Source: Tubiluchus corallicola (Eukaryota; Animalia; Priapulida). Taken from it: 38,603 nucleotides of DNA. A program made the position numbers and the translations under genes. The DNA is taken from the NCBI GenBank assembly GCA_030141605.1, contig JAQGDQ010001484.1:1-38603 (forward strand), written 5' to 3'. The notes under the pieces were generated by a model. It did not search any database, was not told the DNA's origin, and was given only the letters and a program-made list of their open reading frames with translations. Every line of letters begins with the position of its first letter. Positions within the stretch are counted from its first letter, which is position 1. Positions 1 through 12,682 of the stretch are shown in pieces.

Positions 1-153
<153 letters not shown>

Positions 154-506
154 TTGATTGTTCACAAAAATCTTATGTAGTTTTTGATTTACCGCTAATT
201 TTGGATGGGTAATGTTTCTTTATTTTGTAGTTTGTAAACGTTAAATTTACACACGAGTGTTCTGTGGTAAGTTGTTCCACGTGGTAATTGTGGAGCGGCC
301 AGTACTTAGGCGTTTTTGAGACAATTGGTTTAGTTTAAACGTAATTTATTTAGGATTGGATCAAACAGTTTGAAGAACATGATTTAGGATCCTCACCACA
401 ACAGTCTATACACACTATTTGCAAAAACATTTACAGTAAGAATAGACTATAACTACACAAGCTGACAAGTTTAATTAAGAATGATGCATTTCATATCAGA
501 TAGAAA

Positions 507-880
507 CTACTGGAAGCGTTTAGTACGTAATATAAAGTCGTGTATACATTGGAATATTTTACAGTTAGCAACATAGTTCAATTCATCTTTTCCGAATAAT
601 AACAACTTCAACAGATCATTATTTCCTAAGACAGCTATATTAAGGTTTTTGGGCAGAAGTATTGCATTTAATTTATCAAACATAACAACCCTAGCTAGTT
701 GATACAATGGGCAGTCCAACAAAAAGTGTTCAACAGACTCAAATCGAAATCCACAGTTACAATTCGGCAATATTTTATGACAGTTATTATCTTTACGCCT
801 TTAGAGAAAAGGTCATAGTTTAGCTGAGAAAATCCGATTCTCATGCGCGTATGATGCACTGATATTGGAGGTTTACCAAA
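507..880 (-). mobile_element. Decayed non-LTR retrotransposon (LINE) ORF2 C-terminal fragment
   Basis: Two overlapping minus-strand frames give HHTRMRIGFSQLNYDLF and PNCNCGFRFESVEHFLLDCPLYQLAR. This matches the RxRxGxSxLN...CxCG..E...H(F)LLxCPxY zinc-knuckle end of LINE ORF2; it is frameshifted and cut off by a CT repeat. Confidence 0.8.
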
Positions 881-927
881 TGAAAAATGTTTCTTACGCA
901 ACGAAAAACTTGTTTGAGATTGAAAAA

Positions 928-933
928 CTCTCC

Positions 934-970
<37 letters not shown>

Positions 971-975
971 TCTCT
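928..975. repeat. (CT)n microsatellite
   Basis: Imperfect CT run. Confidence 0.9.
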
Positions 976-2271
976 ACTCCCCCCACTTTTATGTATACAT
1001 TATCATTATTTCAATTATTAATCACTTCTTTAAGATTTCCACGTACAGTTTGGCCTGTGAAGCTATGCTTTTAGGCTCAAACTGTACGCATCAAAATTAT
1101 TCTGTCATGTAACTTGCACATGTATATGCTGCATAAGAATCTCTTTTGTAATTTCTGGATAATATTGCATTTATATTTATATTTACTTCAGTGAAATTAT
1201 CTGTATTTTTATTATAACTGTTAGATGCAGAGTGGAAATAAATAAACTTATAAATAAATAAAAATATAAAAACGTGCACTAGAAGAGATTAATAAATATG
1301 TCTATAATAGATATAAATAAATTAATATTTACTTCAAGGCATTAGCAGAAATAAATACTTTATGAAAATTTAGCACGAATATTCCAAAAATTGTAAAAAA
1401 ACTGAAAATGTCTATTCATTAAATTCATTTGAATTTATGATGTTGAAATTTGTTTTGATCCATCATAGTAGCATTCGACAACAACATATGTGCACAAATT
1501 ATAATAACAATTATAAAGCTGACCTATAATTAGAATTTAATAAGGCCATGAAAGGATGATTACCATAAGTAAGTTACTATAATTACAATACTAATAAATC
1601 TTTTTCTAAACAAATTTGAAACTTTAAATTTAAATTTACAAATGATCAATTTAAATTCAAATTTAATGAAAAATATAGCACATACCAATACTGGAGCATC
1701 AACGATTCTTAACATCACATTTCCCACAGTTACACAACGTACATTGTTCCCTCACTAAACCGCTCTCAAAATCAAACGTGCTCTTAACACCAACACAACT
1801 ATAAATCTCAGGTAGGTGGAAAATGAGAGAGAGACAGGTATGAGAAATGGTCACTCAGGTAGAACAAGTCTCTGCCTGCAGCACAAAGTCATGCTGGTGG
1901 CTTTCTGAACTTTTACAAAAGGACTGCCTGATTATTAGCTGTTGTTTGTCACTAATGCATCACCAGCCAAGGTGTCACTTGCTATTAACATACTTAATGA
2001 AAACGCTCATTAACTAAATGTTTTTAGCAATTAATCATTAACTAAATTAGGTTTGTGTGCCAGCAGTCTTGTGTAGTCTATTATATGTTATATATTATCT
2101 AAACGAAATGACTTTACTTTTAGAACTAATAGTGTAATAAGTAATTTTAAATTTTCGACTAGCACAGTTAAAACTAAAGCACAATTTCAATCGCATTGTA
2201 CTGTATTGTATTGGACAGTTACTGTATTGCCACAGTTTTTATGGATCGCAAAACATGTTATTGATACAATA

Positions 2272-2947
2272 ATTGTTGGCATCCTTCTGCCTCGGAAGAC
2301 AATGGAGTGTGTGTCAAGAGAGTGCAGTGCAATCCCTTGAACGTCTCCAGAGCGCACGCCTGGGCAAGGTGTATGGAGATCCTGAGTTGCCCAGACAACA
2401 GGAACCCCCTCTCTTTCTCCCTGGTGTAGTCCAAAGGAAAGCAGAGCGATACGTTTGGCACCAGGTTGGCTGCAGGAGCTGCCAGAGTCAGTGAGCATGC
2501 TGCACTGGTCCGCCTTCGGGACTCCACTCCTGATTTGGAAGGTTTACTTCTCTACACATGGCCATTGGGTCGCTTGACCTCCTCCGCCCTCTAGCCGTTG
2601 GCTGCTTGTGCAGCTCCTCCGCCTAGCGTCGAGATACAGTGTGGGCATCCCGTCAGCCTACAGCACCTGGTATTCCTAGGCGGTCACCCATCCAAGTACT
2701 AACCAGGTTCTACGTTGCTTAACTTCGGTTATCAGACGAGAAGTGGTGTTTTCAACACGATTTGGCCTAATTGCCATAGTGTGATTGATTATATCTGTGA
2801 TATGTCAGAAGATTCTGGAGTTTGCATGATGCAACCCATCATATGTAATCTAAGTCGACAACACAGCTTCGACTAACCAGGCTATATGTTGATTAACTTT
2901 GGAGATCAGATGAGAACTGGTGTTTTCGAAGTGATTTGGCCGTAGTC
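2272..2947 (-). mobile_element. 5S rRNA-derived SINE (SINE3) with RTE-type body, copy 1, with duplicated 5S head
   Basis: Reverse complement of 5S rRNA at 2655-2767, a second 5' 5S fragment at ~2872-2947, and a body at 2276-2654 highly similar to 37240-37665. An 11-bp direct repeat TTGATACAATA flanks it at 2261-2271 and 2948-2958. Confidence 0.88.
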
Positions 2948-3615
2948 TTGATACAATACAGCCTGGAATATTGGTGTTAGAAAGTTACGGCAATTACCAT
3001 ATCGTACTCATAGATATATACTACCGCACATCAGCAGAATTATGCTTTAGGAAAACCAATGTAAAAATTGGTCCTAGAAATGCGATAAGCAAAGAGGTTA
3101 TGCTAGGTGTGAGCACATGTCTTTAGGTTGTACTGAAGTGTATCGCAAAGTAGCAGGCGATCAGCAAGTGGCACATGGCATTTGTTAGTATATGTAGTTT
3201 ATACTAGAGAAAAGAGTTGTATAATATATGTGAAAAAAGGAAAAGTAAGGCAGATCAGTAAGAATAGGATAGCGATAAATAAAAGTTTTGGAAAAAAGAA
3301 GGTCATGGGGAATAGGTTTATACATTATAGTTTTAGTAATTTGGGAAGTTTTTGCTTTTATGGTTATTGTTAGGTTTTTTATATTTATAAAGATTATCCA
3401 TGTTTATGTTTGGTGCATTGAAATAGATTTTGCTTTCCAAAGTTGACATTGTTATCGTTGAAATTTTTAGCTTTTTTTATATTCTCATTTATGCAGGAGT
3501 GTAATTATAATCATAAAATTAGTTTGTATTAATGGAGACAAATTTTACATACATATAGTTATAATATTTTGCAAGGAGTATGTTATGAAAGGAGTAAGGA
3601 AGACAAAAACAAATA

Positions 3616-3947
3616 CAGTCAACCCTCATTAAACCGGACTAATTGGGGGTGGGGGGGTGGTCCTGTTTAGCAGATTGTCCGATTTATCCGATATGCCTAT
3701 ATATGGTCTATATTATACAGGAACAATTACCTTAATAAGGCCTATATACATTGCACTATATACTATACTGTATATTACTTTAAAATAGTTAACCTGTGAG
3801 GATAAAGAAATTATTGTACAGTTGGTAGGCCGTGTTGTGTTTAGCGCTCCGGCTCGGGCGGAAATCGGACAGTTTCCTTTACCACGGATGACGTCCGTCT
3901 TATCCGATATCCGGGCTAACGGGGTCCGGTTTAACGAGGGTCGACTG
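3616..3947. mobile_element. Tc1/mariner-pogo (Tigger-like) MITE
   Basis: 24-bp terminal inverted repeats CAGTC(A/G)ACCCTC(A/G)TTAAACCGGAC (22/24 identical), with TA on both sides (3614-3615, 3948-3949). Confidence 0.9.
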
Positions 3948-4580
3948 TACAGCTTTTGGGAGTGGTCAGGAGGAACTTGAGAGTCGAATTTCGGCTGCTA
4001 CTCCTCTAGTTACCTAGTTACCAGTCTGATATTAGATTTGCTAAATTTTATACATCGTGTCTTGCTAGTCCAATTACATAGTCATATTAATGTCATCTCA
4101 ACATTATGCTATGTATGTATCTATACTGCTAATAGTCATACTGAAATGCTTCTACTGTTTGTTTATTGTCTGCACTCTTCTAAGTGTGACGGTTCATTGG
4201 CAAGAACGTCTATCAGTTGCAAACTGTCTCTTCAAGCCATACTGTGATCTTTGTTATATTGTATCATTACAGGATATAAAAAATGAATAGACCTACAGAA
4301 AATTCCAATTGCATAGATCATGAATATAGAATTCATGACGATTTTTATCCTTTTCTAACAAACCTAATGAAAACCAGTTCACTATCTCTTCGGCTACAAA
4401 TGGACAAGTAATATCAAACTACAAAAGTGCTTAAGTTTATTTTTCCTTTCCAAAATGTTGGCTTGTGAAAATCGAAAGTACTCAACTAATCCTGTTTTCA
4501 CCAACTTTGTACGTCAAACAGATGCTAAGTAATGACATGTACAGTTACTACTGCACTAAAAATGCGAAGAAGTTAGTGTT

Positions 4581-4670
4581 ACGCACACATGCACGCACGC
4601 ACGCGAACACACACACATAAACACGCACGCACACGCACGCATGCACGCACACACACACACACACACCCGC
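4581..4670. repeat. (CA)n/(GCAC)n compound microsatellite
   Basis: Mixed CA and GCAC units. Confidence 0.85.
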
Positions 4671-7600
4671 ATACATATATATGCAACTTATAAAAATATA
4701 AAAAAAATCCACATTTTATAATACATTAAAGGACAAGATTAGTGACGTTTCAAGTGCAGCTGAAAAAACTTGAACTGAAATTTTACATCATCTAGGTGTA
4801 ATCTCACTATAAACATATTTGACGTCTTGAGTAGCACTATGCAAAACTTGAAAGTTTAAAGTCCTGCACTGACTACTAGATGGAGCCACTCAACAATCAA
4901 AGCAAGAGCTGTTAACACACTTACACTTTATTAAAGCATTTTACCCTGTACTGACCACTTTTTAAAGTACAAAACTCTATTGCATTTAACTGTTGTATTT
5001 TTAAAAAAAATTCGCTTAAAATAATTTTAATATAGCTTCTGTTACAAAACTATAAATTTGTTGAAAGTCAGTAGAGGCGTTGACATTTGCCTTAAAACTA
5101 TAGATCGATTTCGTAAAATCTGGTAGTCTAATGGCTGCAGTTTCACCATCATAGCAAATTAAGAGATACCAGCATGTGAGTCACTCTAGGTAAGGAATTA
5201 TATGCCATATTATATGATTAAAAGTTTAGGCAGAGAAGACATGTACAAAATGTTAGTTTTATATGTTAGAATAACTTTTTTGGAAATGGTGAAAGTAAAA
5301 TGTCAAAATGAAAAACCAAAGCAACAAACAATACTTTTCCAAAAAAAATAGAAAACTGGGACCAAACAGCATAAAATCTGACACATGCCGCCTTAATACC
5401 AGTTTTTGAAAAAACAAAATTTGAGGTAATGTTTGTTCCATTTGAGATCGGCAGTCGCGGTTTTATTTCTGTCGACAATTACAATATACCTAAAATACTT
5501 TTCAAGCGGTGCCAATACAATGGAAAATTATCTGAAATGCGAAGAGACTTAATGAAATTTGCCATCATCTTATCAGATGTCATTTTCTATTCTAAATTCT
5601 CGCCAGATTGGCAAGTTTCATCTTTAATATCTGCGCCAAACACATAAGGTATGTCCAGTATAAATTTTAATATCTATGTTTTAATAGATTTAGTTACTTT
5701 ATCATAAATTTACTCTTTTGATCTCGCAGAATATTAGTGTTTGTCATACAAGTGTTGTCATATTGTCAAAATCATTGTTAATGTTAGCCATTGTTTTTTA
5801 TCGTGTTTCTGCAAAACACTTAGCAATCGTACGAAAGTGTGGTTGCTATGGATTTTACAAGAGCAAGTTGAAGTTGTGTTTAAATCCAGTAGACGACTCT
5901 TCCTGAAGAAGATTTGGGCTTGTCAACAGAAAAAAACCCGAAGCAAAAGGGCTGCTTCCACGAGCTACAATTGGAGTTAGAAAATACAAGTTTTTTTTTT
6001 ACGCTTGCAGTACTAGTTCTAGACAGAAAAGTGGGTAAGGAGTTATAAAATTGGATTTTTAGTATTTTTGGACATCTTCCTGATAATTTGATGCTAAAAT
6101 ATAAAATCTAACATATTTAGCATTTGTTTTCATAAAAAATAAAAAATTCACATTTGACCAAATTTTTTGGTCATTCTACTTTGTTTTATTCTACTCTACA
6201 CGTTCGGTCATTCTACTCTACGCATCATAACGTAGTTTCAATTATGCCGACTTATGGACGGTTTTGGATTGCAAGCACACATATATTTGTCATATATATG
6301 TAAAATTTGCAATGTACAAGCTAATATGTATTTAATGTATGTTCACCACTGGACGAGAATCATCAACTGTACACTCCTATAGATCTGAGATGTCGCATCT
6401 TTTAAATTTTGTTGTTTATTCAAAAAAAATTTTCGTTATAAAAAAAACATAAAATAATGGCTGTAGAGAAGAAATAACCAAATTAAAAAAGCATTACAAA
6501 GTGTTGCATTGCTCTCATTAAAATTATGGCGAATTTTTAACTTACGATTTCTTGGAGTATTGAAAATCTCTCTCTGTTTCAGTGGTGCTTCCCATATAAG
6601 GTAAAAATTAATGAAGGTACATTTTTGAACATCGTGCGTTCAAAGTTTAAGGGAGCAACAATAATTATTGGTATGCATGCAAAGTTCCGAGGTGTTGAAA
6701 ATCGTGGGATTATCACACCATGTGGGCAACCATGAAAGGATCCGATGACAGAAATACCCAGATAAAAACCAATTTCTTTTCTAGCAATGTGGCACATCTT
6801 AGATGGACAAACTGTAGAGAGTGCAAAAAAGCAAGTCTTCAGCAGTTTTGACTGGGCTGAGTTTTAGTTGCGTGTGTGTCTAGTTACATAGTTTTGTTTA
6901 CATTTATGTGCATATAAAGCACACTAAAATTTAATAGTAAGGAATATCTTAAAGGACAAGAAAATACTTTTCTTAGGTAAGGTAAAAAAATTCTCTTGAA
7001 ATTTTGTATCATTACACGTTGTCTTATCGAGTACTTGCGTTAGCAGTAACTCTGTACAAAACTCCAAATTGAAACTCCTGCGATGACCGTTAGGCACAGC
7101 CATTTTAGCGGAAAGCTATTTGCTACAAGTTTAGGTAACATTGTGTAAACACTGAGAAATGACCAGAATATCTGTAACACACCATTGCTAACTAAACAAA
7201 AGTATAAAATACTTTCTGTTGTCAATAATTGTGTTTTTATTTAGCCATTGCTGCTCACTGGTGTGGAAATACAGTGACAATTTACCAGGTGGCACAAACA
7301 TTCAGTCATTAAGAATCTTTGTTTCCAATTGCATAAAGTCTTTCGAATACGTTAGCTTAATGTTAAATAATATAATTTTGAATTGAAAAGTTTTTTGGAA
7401 TATACTTTGAAGTTCCGTTTTCTTCCCCTTTCATACTAAATTTTGTATACCATTCTAGCTTTTAAAAGTAAAGGTATGCATTACCTGTTTACTCTATAAT
7501 CCAGAGACGGGGGTGTTATCATGAATGCTATTTGCCCCTCCACTAGCTTAAATTCTTAAACTGAAATGTTAAAGATTGCTTAGATGTTTTCTCAAATAAT

Positions 7601-7840
7601 TGTCCTAGGTTCGCACCTAGCACTGCTACCAAACAATATGGGAGCTCCGTCCAGAAATAAACGAAGTAATTTTAGTTTGTTCAACTGTGTTTTCCTTGTC
7701 ACCGGTAACGCCCTGAACGGTTCGAATGCGGCAAGAAAGTCACGTAGGTTTTGCTGGATTTTAACTAAAAAAAGGCCAGTTATTTTGCTACCTTTAACAG
7801 TGCAGGCATTTTAAAATCGTTTTGATGACTAAATGTTAGA

Positions 7841-7841
<1 letters not shown>

Positions 7842-7915
<74 letters not shown>

Positions 7916-8058
7916 CATCGTCGTCGTCGTCGTCGTCGTCATCATCATCATCATCATCATCATAATCATCATCATCATCATCATCATCATCATTATTATT
8001 TATTATTTATTATTTATTATTTATTATTTATTATTTATTATTTATTATTTATTATTTA

Positions 8059-8090
<32 letters not shown>
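7842..8090. repeat. Compound trinucleotide microsatellite (ATT)n-(GTC)n-(ATC)n-(ATT/ATTT)n
   Basis: Seen directly; it explains the spurious poly-Ile ORF at 7833-8183. Confidence 0.96.
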
Positions 8091-8691
8091 ACGGTTATAA
8101 TATTATTATATTTTTATAATATTCCCATATTGTTTCTAGTTCTACTAAATGTCATTCTATGGGTCTTATTAAAACAACACTAATTTGCCTTTATTTATTT
8201 GTTACCGCTAGTTATTGTTTAGTTTATTGTGTAACGCTAGTTAATTTGTTTACTTTCACTCTTTTTTTGGCAAATAACTTGATAACATTTATAAAAACTT
8301 GATAATTATCTACAATTACTTAACAGACAGCTTTACATCATTATTTAACCTGCCATGTAAACCAGTGCCCAAATTAACCAATCTTACTGCCAAATAAAGG
8401 GTAGTTGCCTTGACGACTTTTTAGTCAATTCGCAAGCCTATCTAGTTGACTTTATATTTATTTTATTAACACACTTATTACTCTAATTATGTTTGTATTT
8501 TTTAGTACATGTATTCGTTCCTGAAATGTTGTCGTTGTTGTTGTTATTGTTATTATTATCACTATTCCCAGTCTAATTTTTGACTGGTGGGCAGAGATTT
8601 TTTTATTCTGATACAATTTTTAGTGATTCTGTAATGTAAAATGAATTTTCCACTGTGTAATTTTTCTGATATGACAATATGCTTTATTTAA

Positions 8692-8819
8692 AGTGGTGAT
8701 GTTGGTGTGGGATGGTGTGGTGTGGTGTGGTGTGGATTGCAGGTTTATGTGCAGAAGTGTGTTGTTGCTGCTGTTGCTGTTGCTGTTTCTGTTGCTGCTG
8801 CTGTTGTTGTTGCTGTTGC

Positions 8820-8856
<37 letters not shown>

Positions 8857-8874
8857 GATGATGCTGCTGCTGCT

Positions 8875-8906
<32 letters not shown>

Positions 8907-9085
8907 TGTTGTTGTTACTGCTGCTGCTGTGCTGTTGCTGTTGCTGCTGTCGTTGCTGTTGCTACTGTTGCTGTTGCCATTGCTGCTGTGCTGTTGCTGT
9001 TGCTGCTGTCGTTGCTGTTGCTACTGTTGATGTTGCCATTGCTGTTGCTATTGTTGTTGCCGTTGCTGTTGTCGTTGTTATTGTT
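8692..9085. repeat. (GGTGT)n followed by (GTT/GCT)n microsatellite
   Basis: Seen directly; the GTT/GCT part marks the left edge of duplication unit A. Confidence 0.95.
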
Positions 9086-9460
9086 TATTAATCATGCAGC
9101 TCAGTCAAACTACTAATCCTGCTTTTAAAACTGCCTTGGTTCTGTAAATTAGTTTGTAAAACGTGAAATTAAATCGAATTTCGTCTAAATGCACAGAAAT
9201 CCAAAAATTGTTCTGATTCCATTTGACATTAATTTAGTGGCAACTGCCAATTTTTAAAATGTTACTACAGGCACTACGGTTCGTAAATAAAACCAACGTA
9301 AATTTAAATTGGCAAAAGGCGTTTTTGTAATATGTTTATGACAATGACAGATTTATTTGTAATCATACAGACAATATTTTAACTGAATATCAATGATTTT
9401 TCCGCAACCGCCCAGTTTTCTACCAAGCCCTTACCATGAATTTCTACCTCAAATTTGTAG

Positions 9461-9466
9461 TTTATT
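9461..9466 (-). terminator. Putative polyadenylation signal of defensin gene A
   Basis: AATAAA on the minus strand about 106 nt past the stop codon; conserved in copy B at 12534-12539. Confidence 0.55.
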
Positions 9467-9571
9467 AATAATTACTCTGCACAGCGTTTAGAATTACTGC
9501 CCAGTTCCGACTAAGTTACAACATTGAGAAACATAATTGTAGATCTAATGTTCTGAGATCTCTTTTGCTTC

Positions 9572-10967
9572 CTAGTTGCTAAAGGATGAAGAAGGCCAAG
9601 GAGGTCCTGTATCACAGCGGCGGCAAACACACGTGTCTCCTCTACAGTAGCCAGTAGCGCAGTTTTGAAGCATGCAAGATGCAATACAAACTACTCTAAT
9701 ACCATCTGGAATAAAAAGAAAATTAAATTGTAAATAAGTCTTTTCACAGTTTCGTTGTGTGTTAAGTGTACCACAGCAACGCATCTTAACTACAACTGTC
9801 ACGTGACAAAGTTTGTTACGTTATAGTGTCTTACAACTTTAGTGTTTATTAATTAACTAGTTACTTACGGCGACATAAGAAACCACGCATTACTTGTTCA
9901 TGGTCGACTGGCACTTCTTCATCTAAACAAATAAAGATTATTAAAACCTTCTTACAATTGCGATAAATATTTCAGTTTAAAGATACGAATATCATTAATG
10001 TTTCCTTTTACTTAGACGCATCATAGTATAAGGAAAATGTACTCAGTTTGCAAATGTTTCTGCTGTTTGCGAATGTTTTTGTTACTATTTCATTAGTATG
10101 GACTCTGAAGTCTAACGCACTTCTCGTAACCTATAAGGTATATGTCAGGCCAATTATGGAATATTGCTTCCCTGGTTGGTCTCCATCCCATTATGGCGAG
10201 CTGGAACATGTTCAAAGATCTTTCACAGGTAGAGTTTTCTATAGATGTATTTGAAACTACGTATTTTACCCCGAAAGGCTTAAAAGTTACTAGGCTTAGA
10301 ATCTCTTGAAGAAACGTATCTAAAAAACTATCTAGTCATATGTTATAATGTCATACACAAAGAAGTGGATTTAGCCTCTAACATGTTAGTCGTGCAATAA
10401 CCGACAACATGGAGGGAGGGAATCTTCCCCTAAAATTATACGTTTGACGTTTTTCCAAAACTAGTTTTGCTTATTATTTTTCAAATTGTAATTGTAATAG
10501 TACTTATATGGAATTCCTTACCATCTTATATAAATGGACATCTTTTAGTAACTGCCGTTTTTTTGCAAAGTTACTTTCTAGTCACCTTTTCATTACATTG
10601 TACGTAGGTGCTAACACCATGGTATTGAACACATGTACTATTATTCTATTATCTAAAGAAATTTATTAAAGAATGGTAGCTTCGTTAATGGTTTGATGCA
10701 CTCGCTGGGAAATTGGAGTGGGAGCTATTTCACTCTTGACCCCTCTGTGTAAACCTTGCACAACGCCATTCATTGGCAATTAACTTACTGCAATAAAAGC
10801 TACTGGTGTATATTCGATGGTATTAACCATATAATGTAATGTAACTACCATTATTATTATAAAAGTAAATTTACCAACATTAAAATACCTGCATTGTGTA
10901 CAGTTTTGGCACGAGTGAGCACAGCTACGGCAGCCAGAACGGCTAATACGGCAAAGAGCTTATTCAT
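9572..10967 (-). CDS. ASABF-like 8-Cys CS-alpha-beta defensin precursor A, 3 exons join(10967..10889,9922..9869,9705..9572), 88 aa
   Basis: Spliced product MNKLFAVLAVLAAVAVLTRA-KTVHNADEEVPVDHEQVMR-GFLCRHGIRVVCIASCMLQNCATGYCRGDTCVCRRCDTGPPWPSSSFSN*. Canonical donors (G|GTATTT, C|GTAAGT) and acceptors (TTTGTTTAG, TTTTTATTCCAG), both introns phase 1. Hydrophobic signal peptide, Cys spacing C-x7-C-x3-C-x4-C-x4-C-x4-C-x-C-x2-C, and the core CIxSCxxQNCxTGxC...TCVCxRC...WP as in Ascaris ASABF. TATA box upstream. Confidence 0.92.
10096..10556 (+). mobile_element. Decayed CR1/L2-group LINE 3' fragment in intron 1 of gene A
   Basis: YKVYVRPIMEYCFPGWSPSHYGELEHVQRSFTGR matches the post-RT motif YxxxVRPxLEY...WSP....LExVQRxxTR; WNSLP follows; truncated at 10556. 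Confidence 0.82.
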
Positions 10968-11004
10968 TTTGAATATAAGATCACGTCAGAGTAGTGAATA
11001 CAGC

Positions 11005-11013
11005 TTATATATA
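11005..11013 (-). promoter_or_regulatory. TATA box of defensin gene A
   Basis: TATATATAA on the minus strand, ~38-46 nt upstream of ATG 10967. A CRE-like TGACGTGA lies at 10981-10988 and a CCAAT at ~11172-11176. Confidence 0.7.
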
Positions 11014-11820
11014 GTACCAGAGTTTGACTTTCGCCTGCCGGATTCTTTATGACCTTCGCCTGCCGGATTTTGAAATAAGTTTCAGGAGAATATTTGTACA
11101 AGCAAGCAAAAATTTAATCGGTTTTGTGTAATGTGATTGACGAGAAATAATATTATTTGTCGCCACAAGGATTGGCTTTGCGGTTTGTCAAATCTTACAT
11201 CCCGCTGGTAAGATTTATTACTATTTCTTGTTTACACATTTCTTGTTTTTTATTCAGTTATTTTGTTAATCAAATATTTGGTAGCTCAAATATATAAATC
11301 ATGTAGGAACTAATATCTAGTACCTACTGATTAGTGACTTGACATTTTATGTGTTTTTTAACACAGACAGATTTTTTTAAATGCCAAGACAGTTTTCCTC
11401 GTATTCTATTCAGCCATACACTCAAGAGTTTTTTAAAACAATTTTGCAGGTAAGGTGCACTGGAAAATTTTTTAGAAGTTGCTGTGTAATTTACTGTTTT
11501 TATACCTGCTCAAATGGATGAAATTTTTGCCATTCTTTAATTTATTTTCCGTTTTCTGAAGACCATGTTCCCTCTATTTCGGGGCAAGACAGTAAACAAG
11601 GGGGTCCTCAAGGCAAACACCTTAGACCATTCAGTTACCATATACCGTAAATAATTTTGATTAGTGAATTTAGGATAATTCTAAATAACCTTTGTGGACA
11701 AACAGCAAGAGATTCAAGCCCACAAGTGTACATTAAACGTAATAAGAAAAATTATGTATTCCAGAATAAGAAAACTTGGTAGCAACGTCATATTGTAAAC
11801 AAACACAGAAACTGCCAAGC

Positions 11821-12150
11821 TGTTGTTGTTGTTACTGTTGCATTTGCTGCTATTGTTGTTGTTGTTGTTTTGTTGTTGTTGTTGCTACTGCTGCTGCTGC
11901 TGTTGTTGTTGCTGTTGTTGTTGTTGCTACTGCTGCTGCTGCTGTTGTTGTTGCTGTTGTTGTTGTTGCTACTGCTGCTGCTGCTGTTGTTACTGCTGCT
12001 GCTGCTGTTATGTTGTTGCTGCTGTTGTTGTTGTTGTTGTTGTTGCTGCTGCTGTTGCCGTTGCTGCTGTGCTGCTACTGTTGCTGTTGTTGTTGCTGCT
12101 GTTGCTGTTGCCCTTTGCTGTTGTTGTTGCTATTGTTTTGTTATTGTTGT
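11821..12150. repeat. (GTT/GCT)n microsatellite
   Basis: Paralogue of 8760-9085; source of the poly-Leu/Cys/Val ORFs. Confidence 0.95.
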
Positions 12151-12682
12151 TGTTTATTAATCAAGCAGCTCAGTCAAACTACTAGTCCTGCTTTTAAAAA
12201 TGCCTTGGTTCTGTAAATAAGTTTATAAAACATGAAATTAAATCGAATTTCGTCTAAATGCACAGAAATCGAAAAACTGTTCTGATTCCATTTGACATAA
12301 ATTTAGCGGCAACTGCCAATTTTTAAAATGTTACTACAGGCAATGTTACTGGTTCGTAAATAAAACCAACGTAAATTTACATTGGCAAAAGGCGTTTTTG
12401 TAATATGTTTATGACAATGACAGATTTATTTGTAACCATACAGACAATATTTCAACTGAATATCAATGATTTTTCCACAACCACCCAGTTTTCTACCAAG
12501 CCCTTACCATGAATTTCTACTTCAAATTTGTAGTTTATTAATAATTACTATGCATAACGTTTAGAATTACTGCCCAGTTCCGACTAAGTTACAACATTGA
12601 GAAACGCTATTTCTCTCTTAGACATAATTGTAGATCTAATGTTCTTAGATCTCTTTTGCTTCCTGGCTGTTAATGAAAGTTA

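Larger units (their letters stand above)
8760..11778. repeat. Tandem duplication unit A (paralogous to 11821-15074)
   Basis: Long near-identical sequence, e.g. 9082 TGTTTATTAATCATGCAGCTCAGTCAAAC vs 12151 TGTTTATTAATCAAGCAGCTCAGTCAAAC. Homology ends at GAATAAGAAAACTTG (11778 / 15074). Confidence 0.93.

Noticed and set aside
6949-7797. Additional Kolobok MITEs (TTAAAGG...CCTTTAA here and at 30357-30789)
   Set aside because: Inverted similarity barely extends beyond 7-8 bp in AT-rich DNA, so the boundaries cannot be supported.
9572-9802. Single-exon ORF starts given by the track (9802 and 12877)
   Set aside because: The N-terminal parts are intron 2 sequence; the acceptor TTTTTATTCCAG and upstream exons give a proper signal-peptide precursor.
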